A stretch of DNA of 62,223 nucleotides, the filler included. It is 7 parts of 7 records of this genome, joined end to end, with 100 filler letters (N's around TTAATTAATTAA, not from the genome) between each part and the next. Parts side by side here need not be neighbours in the genome. Positions count along the whole stretch, not along the records: positions 20,119 to 31,005 come from SRR20825010_4220; 6 more parts are not named here. One strand, 5' to 3'. The position numbers and the translations under genes are program-made. Shown piece by piece: positions 20,926 through 28,253 of this stretch. Each line of letters opens with the position of its first letter. Position 1 is the first letter of the stretch. The notes below the pieces were generated by a model. The model worked only from the letters and a program-made list of their open reading frames with translations. It was not told the DNA's origin and ran no database searches.

Positions 20926-20999
20926 GGGCCTATAACTCAGCTGGTTAGAGTATCTGACTCATAATCAGAAAGTCCCTGGTTCGAGCCCAGGTGGGCCCA
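20926..20999 (+). tRNA. tRNA with CAU anticodon, probably tRNA-Ile2 (elongator Met not excluded)
   Basis: GGGCCTA/TGGGCCC acceptor stem, TCTGA-CTCATAA-TCAGA anticodon arm, GGTTCGAG T-loop. Confidence 0.92.
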
Positions 21000-21000
21000 C

Positions 21001-21036
21001 AAAAAAGCCTCTCAATTAATTTTGAGAGGCTTTTTT
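21001..21036 (+). terminator. Terminator after the tRNA
   Basis: AAAAAAGCCTCTCAA-loop-TTGAGAGGCTTTTTT. Confidence 0.85.
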
Positions 21037-21483
21037 ATTGGACAACTATTGGGAAACAAAAAACGCCTTTAGATCAGGTGGCTATAAGCATGTCTTTTAG
21101 TATAATTGCAATATGCTCATCTAGTTCTTGTGAACATTACAAAGGCTCTTATTAATCATCACACGCCAGTTTCTTACTTACTCATAATAGCCCGAGTAGG
21201 TTATTATGTGAACATAAGGTAGCGCCCACCCTTTCTCTTTCCTCATTCATTTCGAAAAGCATTGATTCATCTAGATTTGGAATGCCCTCAAAATTTTTAA
21301 ATAGGTCATAAGTACATATTAACCATTGATTATATATTTATTTCCTTAGTTTTTAATAATTCACTTATTACATGAATTAATTATTAATAAAATATTTCTA
21401 TATCTCTTTTTTAATAGCTATAATTGATTATACTTCTAAATATTCTATGTATTTAGAAGTTAGAAAAAACATGTGAGGATAGT

Positions 21484-22575
21484 ATGTATGATATGAAAAT
21501 GACTGGTGAAATTAATGGACCGAGTATTTTTAAAGACATACCTGAAGTCTACAGTTCTCTTTTTTCGGATTTTTTTCAAAGTAAAGTTCCCCAAGAATCC
21601 TTAGCTACTTGCAACAATTGCGCAATGGTTTGCAGAGATAAAAAAAAGGATATTACAAAGCTAGCAATGCGGCCTTTCCAAGAAGATAAAAAATGTTGTA
21701 CATATCACCCCTCATTACCTAGTTACTTGGTTGGAGGAGCTTTAACCCAGGCCTCACCCGAAGGGGTAAATAGACTTAGAAAGGCAATTGCTAAAAAAAT
21801 CGGAGTAAGCCCTTTTGGTCTTAACGCACCCAATGTCTACAATGTGCTTTATAAGAACCAATCTGGTGGATTTGGAAATAGCGAAAGTCTGCTATGCCCT
21901 TATTATTTGAAAGAATCTGGTAATTGCAGCATTTGGAAGTTTAGGGAGTCAGTTTGCTCAACATATTTCTGCAAGCATGTTAGTGGAGCAAGTGGTAAAC
22001 AGTTCTGGACAGATGTAAAGAAATATCTTCAACATACAGAACAAAGTCTCACATTATACCTAGCCAAAGAAGCCAAACTTGATTATTTTCTTAAAGTTAC
22101 AAGTGAATTTAAAAGCCCCTCGTCTCAATTAACAGCTCAGGAATTAGATGGGCTGCCTCCAATAGATTACGAAAAATTATGGGGAGACTGGATCGGTAAA
22201 GAAGAGGAGTTTTATAAATGGACATATCAAAAAGTCAATGAAATGTCTAAAAGTACTTTTGATGAAATTACAGGTATTCGACAAAAGGTGCTTTTAAACA
22301 ACCTTGAAATCCAAAGATCAGAAATGCTCGATATACCTAAGTATTTAAAAATTCATTCGGATTGGCTACCTAAAGAGGGAGAACTGAATACGGTAATTCA
22401 TTTCAAAACCATTGATATTCAATTTGGATTACCCTCCCAAGTATTAAATGCTTTCGATGGAAAAAAATCCACACAAGAGGTGATACAGCAATTAGATGAA
22501 AAGGAGAAAATTGAAATTGAAGTGCCACTAGTCATTTCTTTATTTCACTATGGAGTTCTAGAAGAACAAAAATAA
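21484..22575 (+). CDS. Cys-rich YkgJ/FliB-like putative Fe-S protein with C-terminal PqqD/RRE-like winged helix
   Basis: CNNC, KCC and CPYY..GNCSIW..R..VC.TYFC; C-terminus FDGKKSTQEVIQQL...LVISLFHYGVLE. Confidence 0.6.
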   Translation: MYDMKMTGEINGPSIFKDIPEVYSSLFSDFFQSKVPQESLATCNNCAMVCRDKKKDITKLAMRPFQEDKKCCTYHPSLPSYLVGGALTQASPEGVNRLRKAIAKKIGVSPFGLNAPNVYNVLYKNQSGGFGNSESLLCPYYLKESGNCSIWKFRESVCSTYFCKHVSGASGKQFWTDVKKYLQHTEQSLTLYLAKEAKLDYFLKVTSEFKSPSSQLTAQELDGLPPIDYEKLWGDWIGKEEEFYKWTYQKVNEMSKSTFDEITGIRQKVLLNNLEIQRSEMLDIPKYLKIHSDWLPKEGELNTVIHFKTIDIQFGLPSQVLNAFDGKKSTQEVIQQLDEKEKIEIEVPLVISLFHYGVLEEQK

Positions 22576-22621
22576 TAGAGCAACAAGGTGTTGCTCTTCA
22601 TTAACATAAACAATTACTATT

Positions 22622-22843
22622 ATGGATACCAAAAACAAATTAAAAATCGGATTTAGTACATTGGCCATAGCAGCATTTATGACTGTAGGAGCTAGTTCCG
22701 CTGAGGCATTTAATTCCGAACCCGACTGCTCGGATGGTTCACCCCACGTGGATTGCCCTATTTGGAATTTAAAAGTTGGTGCAGGTGAGTTTTCTTGTAC
22801 TACAGGTGGAGAATGGAAATGCCAAGATCCAACTAAACAATAA
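22622..22843 (+). CDS. Small secreted four-Cys peptide A (putative precursor)
   Basis: Sec-like leader ending SAEA; core C-x8-C-x13-C-x7-C; paralogous to 24079-24288. Confidence 0.85.
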   Translation: MDTKNKLKIGFSTLAIAAFMTVGASSAEAFNSEPDCSDGSPHVDCPIWNLKVGAGEFSCTTGGEWKCQDPTKQ

Positions 22844-22924
22844 GCATCACTGAATGCAAAGGTATTTGTTTAAAACATCTTTGCATTCACAAATTTTCAG
22901 CCTAAAAAACATTAAATCCGGAGT

Positions 22925-23995
22925 ATGAAAAACAAAGAAATCTTCCTGCTAATTTTAATCTTTTGTATCTCTGCTTGTGATACCTCCACCGAAAGTAATG
23001 TGATATCAAAAGGCGATCTCCCTTTTGACCCTGTTGCAATTTTGAATGAGAATAATTCGCTTTTAGGTGATTTACTTGGGTTTGATTTCATCACTAAGAC
23101 AGATTTCATTGTTGCCACAAAATCTGGATTTATTGTTACATACAACACAAAAGGAGATAGACTTCAAAGATTTTCAAAAATTGGAACTGGCCCATATGAG
23201 TACCTCTTCCCTTCTGTAATTAAAGTAGCAAATAATAAAATTTATGTTTGGTGTGAGCAACTTTTAAAATTGATTGTATATGACATCAAGGGAAAGCCGC
23301 TTGAAGAGTATTCCGATTTTTCCAAAGCAATAAAGGACTTTGTGATAAGAGATAACATCGTCTACTTCTACATGTCAGGCGGAGGACTTTATGCTCTAAT
23401 AGAAAAGTATGATCTGAAAAAAAGAGAATCAATAGGCTTTTACGGTAAAGAAGAAAATGAAGATGAAGCCATGAGTTTGAATGCTTGTTCAGGTGGACTT
23501 CTCTTAGAAAAGGAAACTCTGCATTATATTCGAGCTGGTTCACTATCAATAGAATCAGTTAATAATGATGTGGAGAAAAGTAAGTTAATTACGGATAATG
23601 AATTTGTAATTAAAAAATTAGAAGATTCCGAATTCGCTGAACTAAAAAATAGTATGAAATCGGTACTTACTTTTATATCCAATAATAGCTATGTTACTGG
23701 ACTTTTTAAATTTGGGAAGAACTACATAGTAAAAACTGAAATCGGATCGCTAGAATATGAGTCCTTCACAGATTTAAAAACATGGGATACCTCTAAAAGA
23801 TTTGAAAAATATTATATTCTTGATGAGAATTTTACGCTTATAGAAACATATACATTGCCATATTCTTTAAATCGAAATAACTGTTGGTTTCAATCTAATG
23901 GTGAAAACCTTTACTTTATTGATATGGTCGAAACAGCGGGACATGATGACTATCAATACCGATTGAACAAAGTTAATCTAGGTCTAGATTATTAA
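22925..23995 (+). CDS. 6-bladed beta-propeller lipoprotein (DUF5128-like)
   Basis: Lipobox ISAC, GTGPYEY motif and beta-rich repeats. Confidence 0.75.
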   Translation: MKNKEIFLLILIFCISACDTSTESNVISKGDLPFDPVAILNENNSLLGDLLGFDFITKTDFIVATKSGFIVTYNTKGDRLQRFSKIGTGPYEYLFPSVIKVANNKIYVWCEQLLKLIVYDIKGKPLEEYSDFSKAIKDFVIRDNIVYFYMSGGGLYALIEKYDLKKRESIGFYGKEENEDEAMSLNACSGGLLLEKETLHYIRAGSLSIESVNNDVEKSKLITDNEFVIKKLEDSEFAELKNSMKSVLTFISNNSYVTGLFKFGKNYIVKTEIGSLEYESFTDLKTWDTSKRFEKYYILDENFTLIETYTLPYSLNRNNCWFQSNGENLYFIDMVETAGHDDYQYRLNKVNLGLDY

Positions 23996-24078
23996 TATTA
24001 AAGTAAAATATAAAATAAATAATTTTAAAATAAACTTTATAATATAGCAATTATTGTATATAAATTAAATATTATACT

Positions 24079-24288
24079 ATGAATAAAAAAAGTAAATCAA
24101 AAATTGGGCTAGCATCATTGGCTGTAGTAGGTTTTATGACCTTAATTAATAATAGCGCTGGAGCTTGTGACCCTACACTACCATGGGATACTGGATGTGC
24201 TGAATATGACATTGTAATTCGTTCAGGGTCATTCTATTGCATTGAAGGAGGGACATGGAAATGCACTGACCCCTTTAAGGAGGAATAG
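24079..24288 (+). CDS. Small secreted four-Cys peptide B (putative precursor)
   Basis: Sec-like leader ending SAGA; core C-x9-C-x13-C-x7-C; paralogous to 22622-22843. Confidence 0.85.
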   Translation: MNKKSKSKIGLASLAVVGFMTLINNSAGACDPTLPWDTGCAEYDIVIRSGSFYCIEGGTWKCTDPFKEE

Positions 24289-24422
24289 CTACATTCACAT
24301 CCCCTAATTGTGAACCTTGTATGCAAACTATTTGCAACGAGATAAATTAGTGCTAGCATAAAACCATAAGAATTTGATTTTAAGAAAACAGGCAAGCTCC
24401 AGTGAAGAATATTAAGTTTGCA

Positions 24423-24563
24423 TTACCCTTTCTTCCCCAACAACGAAACTTGAAATTCAAGTCGTTTGATTTCGCGGAGAAGGCTGTTTTTATCCATTTG
24501 ATTCCAGTTGTAGATCTTAAGCAGGGACATGGTAATAAAACCAAGTAGTGTACAAACAGCCCA
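24423..24563 (-). pseudogene. Orphan 3' fragment duplicating the end of the 25215-25598 gene
   Basis: Translates to WAVCTLLGFITMSLLKIYNWNQMDKNSLLREIKRLEFQVSLLGKKG*, 42/46 aa identical to 25215-25358 by manual alignment; in-frame stop immediately upstream. Confidence 0.88.
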
Positions 24564-24704
24564 TTACAAAGCTCATGTGGCTCTTTCTGCATTATATGAA
24601 TAGTCAGGAATCAGTATAAATTATTAGGGTAATCACCACTGACAAATTCATAAATCACCCATGGGTTGCATCATTTTCTTTTGGATTTTCGTTATCTTCA
24701 AGCG

Positions 24705-24923
24705 ATGACTAATATAACTATAGATAAAGACGTTCGACTCCGTAAAACTCACTTCAAAGACCTTGAGGAATTAAAATTAGAGCTTATTTTGGTTGAAGAA
24801 GAAGCTTTTGAACTTTCTCCTTCGCAAGTAAAAATGTTGAAAGAGCGAGAAGATGAAGCCGATAAAGCAACTGACAAAGGCTTAGCTTGGGATAGATCAC
24901 TTATCACTCGAAAGCATGGCTAG
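24705..24923 (+). CDS. Putative antitoxin (addiction module component)
   Basis: Small charged protein with LSPSQVKMLKERE...GLAW; overlaps the toxin start. Confidence 0.72.
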   Translation: MTNITIDKDVRLRKTHFKDLEELKLELILVEEEAFELSPSQVKMLKEREDEADKATDKGLAWDRSLITRKHG

Positions 24924-25209
24924 TTTCTCTCTCCGTCCTTCAGTATATGAGGACATTCAAAGGGCTGTTAACTACTACGACCTAATAAACCCTAAACTCT
25001 CCGAGGCATTTCTTGATGAAATTGAAGATTGCTTTGCCAATATCCAAGACTTACCAGAAGGCTACCAAGAACGACTTGGGAAAATACGAATAGCGTTCCT
25101 TAGGCGATTCTCTTTTGGTGTTTCATACAAACTCTATGACACTCGTATAATTGTTATAGCCGTTTTCCACACAAGCCAAGACCCTGATAATTGGAAAGGA
25201 AAAGAGTAA
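24916..25209 (+). CDS. RelE/ParE-family type II toxin
   Basis: 97 aa; A..YY, FL.EIE, LRRFSF.V.Y and IIVIAVFHTSQDP pattern. Confidence 0.85.
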   Translation: MASFSLRPSVYEDIQRAVNYYDLINPKLSEAFLDEIEDCFANIQDLPEGYQERLGKIRIAFLRRFSFGVSYKLYDTRIIVIAVFHTSQDPDNWKGKE

Positions 25210-25214
25210 TTTGT

Positions 25215-25598
25215 TTACTCTCCCTTCTTCCCCAACAACGACACCTGAAATTCTAGCCGTTTGATTTCTCTGAGCATGGCATTTTTATCCATTTGATTCC
25301 AGTTATAGATTTTAAGCAGGGACATGGTAATAAAACCAATCAGTGTATAAACAGCCCACTCTAGTTTATCTGTCATTACATCGGTATTGAGCATTTCCAC
25401 AAACGTATATATTGAAAGACCGAGCACTACTAAGTTGAAAACAAACATAACTACAGTGATCCAGCTGTTCTTTCCTTTAAACAGGCCTAAAATCATCTGA
25501 GGCATATTTTGTTCTCCTAACTGATCGTAATAAGCAGCCTCTTCTTTAGTAAGCGCTTGGTGGATTAAATCATCCATTTCTTTTTCTGAATCATTCAT
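25215..25598 (-). CDS. DUF6768-like small membrane protein (probable anti-sigma partner)
   Basis: Two TM segments and LLKIYNWNQMDKN.MLREIKRLE; coupled to an ECF sigma gene. Confidence 0.75.
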   Translation of the reverse strand: MNDSEKEMDDLIHQALTKEEAAYYDQLGEQNMPQMILGLFKGKNSWITVVMFVFNLVVLGLSIYTFVEMLNTDVMTDKLEWAVYTLIGFITMSLLKIYNWNQMDKNAMLREIKRLEFQVSLLGKKGE

Positions 25599-26139
25599 AA
25601 CTCTCGTTTTTAAGTTTCTTTTTTAACTGTTCTCGTGCATGGTATAAACTTGACTTTACAGTGCCTTCTGGCTTATCGAGTATCTGAGCAATGATTTTTA
25701 TCGGAGTCTTTTCCAGATAGAAAAGCCGTAAGACCTGTTGATGCTGCTCAGGCAAATCATAGATAGCCGCCAACATAAGCTCCATTTGATCCTGCGGTTC
25801 AGCTTCTGAAGGTGAACTATTTTCAACCTCAAACTGATGTACGCTGTTCCTTTCGCGCTGCTGCTGTTTAATCCAATCTGCCGCCCTACGCTGGACAATC
25901 TTATAAGCCCAAAACCGGAACAAAGCAGGATCTTTCAGCTTGTGAATGCCTTTTATAATAGAGACCCAACTTTCTTGCGCAATTTCATAAGCTTGATCTT
26001 GGTCTTTCAAAAAGCCATATGACCAGCTTAACACTTTGGGCTGCCAGCGTTTCCATAACAAGCCAACCGCAGTTTGGTCTCTGTCTTGGCAGCGCAAAAC
26101 AAGCAACTCATCAAAAATTTGGTCTGAACTCCGTTTCAT
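25591..26139 (-). CDS. ECF RNA polymerase sigma factor
   Basis: Region 2 (AQESW...FRFWAYKIV) and region 4 (IAQILDKPEGTVKSSLYHAR). Confidence 0.92.
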   Translation of the reverse strand: MKRSSDQIFDELLVLRCQDRDQTAVGLLWKRWQPKVLSWSYGFLKDQDQAYEIAQESWVSIIKGIHKLKDPALFRFWAYKIVQRRAADWIKQQQRERNSVHQFEVENSSPSEAEPQDQMELMLAAIYDLPEQHQQVLRLFYLEKTPIKIIAQILDKPEGTVKSSLYHAREQLKKKLKNESYE

Positions 26140-26284
26140 AAAAATCTAATAAGGAGTCGCATAAATGATTAAAAGGTTCAATTAAAAAATAACGAAGAGA
26201 CGAATACTAGTTCGACCAAAAGTCAGATTGAATACAAGATACCCAAAAAGAGGGGCATTCCTTAGAGCCTGATATTTTTATGGC

Positions 26285-26292
26285 TACTTTTG
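26285..26292 (+). promoter_or_regulatory. Bacteroidota -7 promoter element
   Basis: TACTTTTG matches TAnnTTTG, about 25 nt before the next ATG. Confidence 0.65.
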
Positions 26293-26317
26293 CCCCAGTT
26301 CAAAAAAACCATACCTC

Positions 26318-27307
26318 ATGCTCAAAATTGGCGTTCTAGGTGCCGGCCATCTCGGCAAAATTCATATCAAATGCATTAAAGACATTCCTGAATACGAACT
26401 CGTAGGGTTCTATGATGCTTCAGAAGAAAATGCAAAAGCAGTTGCAGAAGAGCATGGTATTAAAGCTTATGCTACTATTGCTGAATTACTCGAAGTGGTA
26501 GACGTAATCGATATCGTCACTCCAACTTTATCTCATTTCGATTGTGCCAAACAAGCACTAGGTGCTGGAAAGCACGTGTTTATTGAAAAGCCAGTCACCA
26601 ATACTGTTGCTGAAGCCGAAGCATTGATCAAACTTTCGAGAGCGAAAGGGCTGAAAGTTCAGGTGGGTCATGTAGAAAGGTTCAATCCAGCTTATATAGC
26701 TGCCAAAGACTACCTTAAGCAGCCTATGTTTATTGAAACGCACCGTTTGGCGCAATTCAACCCAAGAGGTTTGGATGTTCCTGTGGTGCTGGATTTAATG
26801 ATTCATGATATTGATGTGATTTTGCATGCTGTGGGTTCGGAAGTAAAGAACATTTCAGCCAGTGGAGTAGCCGTAGTAAGCGACACGCCTGATATTGCCA
26901 ATGTGCGTTTAGAATTCGAAAACGGATGCGTGGCGAACCTTACGACTAGCCGCATAGCCGTGAAAAACATGCGCAAATCACGTTTCTTCCAAAAAGACGC
27001 TTATGTATCGGTAGATTTCCTTGAAAAGAAATCTGAAATCGTAAGAATGCAGGAGGCTACTGGAGAAGAAGGCCCTTTCTCAATGATCTTAGATTTAGGT
27101 GAAGGCAAAAGTAAAAAGGAAATCATTTTTGAAAACCCTAAAATTCATCCAACAAACGCCATTCGTGAAGAGCTCTTTACTTTTAATCAGGCGATAAACA
27201 ATAATACCGAGCCAATTGTTACCATTGAGGATGGCTATAAAGCTTTAAAAGTGGCTCAACAAATTCTAGACATTATTGAAGTCAACCTTAAACAGATTGG
27301 CTCTTAA
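26318..27307 (+). CDS. Gfo/Idh/MocA-family oxidoreductase
   Basis: GAGHLG, IEKP, VGHVERFNP and DLMIHD motifs. Confidence 0.92.
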   Translation: MLKIGVLGAGHLGKIHIKCIKDIPEYELVGFYDASEENAKAVAEEHGIKAYATIAELLEVVDVIDIVTPTLSHFDCAKQALGAGKHVFIEKPVTNTVAEAEALIKLSRAKGLKVQVGHVERFNPAYIAAKDYLKQPMFIETHRLAQFNPRGLDVPVVLDLMIHDIDVILHAVGSEVKNISASGVAVVSDTPDIANVRLEFENGCVANLTTSRIAVKNMRKSRFFQKDAYVSVDFLEKKSEIVRMQEATGEEGPFSMILDLGEGKSKKEIIFENPKIHPTNAIREELFTFNQAINNNTEPIVTIEDGYKALKVAQQILDIIEVNLKQIGS

Positions 27308-27325
27308 ACATAAACAACAAACACT

Positions 27326-28153
27326 ATGGACAACAGAAAATACTTACCCGCTATCGTCATTTCTGTCATTGCGGTGATTATCCTTTTTGCAATATCAAGC
27401 AGCGTTTTTTATACCATCCAAGCCAATGAAAGGGCTGTACTCTTCAAAAAATTCTCTGGAGGTTTAGACAAAGACAATGTAATCACTCAAGGCTTTCATG
27501 TAAAGGCGCCTTGGAATGAGTTGATCGTTTTCGATGTGGCCGAAACACAAGTAGAAGAAACAATGGACGTGCTCGACAAAAACGGTTTGAGCATTAAAGT
27601 AGATGTATCGGTTCGTTTTTACCCAAAGTTCGAGCGTGTAGGCTATATCTATGAGAGCTTCAGGAAAAGTTACGTTTCTACTTTAGTTACCCCTGAAGTG
27701 CGTTCAACTGTACGTCAGGTAATGGGGCGCTATACAGCAGAAGAAATATACTCTACTAAGCGGCCAGAAGTAGAAACTGCCATTAGAACAGAAACAGCTG
27801 ATGTTTTGGGTAGTGAATCTAATAATATAGAAATGAGAGCCCTTCTAATTCGATCAATCAATCTCCCTGAAAAGATTAAGCAAGCGATTGAAAGTAAATT
27901 GCAACAAGAGCAAGAAGCTTTGGCTTATCAGTTCCGTTTGGACAAAGAGAAGAGTGAAGCTGAAAGAAAAAGGATCGCTGCTGAAGGTGAATCTGCCGCC
28001 AATAAAATTATTAACAATAGCTTAACACCAAGCCTTTTAAAGATGCGAGGCATTGAAGCAACGTTGAAATTGGCTGAATCTCCTAACTCTAAAGTGGTCG
28101 TTATTGGTCAAGGAGATGAGGGCTTACCATTAATTTTAGGGGGTAACAATTAA
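27326..28153 (+). CDS. Prohibitin/SPFH family protein
   Basis: N-terminal TM, band-7 domain and EAERKRIAAEG coiled coil. Confidence 0.9.
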   Translation: MDNRKYLPAIVISVIAVIILFAISSSVFYTIQANERAVLFKKFSGGLDKDNVITQGFHVKAPWNELIVFDVAETQVEETMDVLDKNGLSIKVDVSVRFYPKFERVGYIYESFRKSYVSTLVTPEVRSTVRQVMGRYTAEEIYSTKRPEVETAIRTETADVLGSESNNIEMRALLIRSINLPEKIKQAIESKLQQEQEALAYQFRLDKEKSEAERKRIAAEGESAANKIINNSLTPSLLKMRGIEATLKLAESPNSKVVVIGQGDEGLPLILGGNN

Positions 28154-28253
28154 AAATAACTAAAGTAGGGAACAAGAGTTTCATTTAAGTGTTTAATACA
28201 TTAAATTCGCTCGCCTAATAAAGCACCCCAAACTAAGTAAAACACTTTATAGA

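Noticed and set aside
21484-22575. Radical SAM enzyme interpretation of the Cys-rich protein
   Set aside because: No canonical CxxxCxxC motif; the Cys pattern fits the YkgJ/FliB type better.
24380-24592. 70-aa minus-strand ORF in the track
   Set aside because: Out of frame with the real signal there, which is the duplicated gene fragment at 24423-24563.
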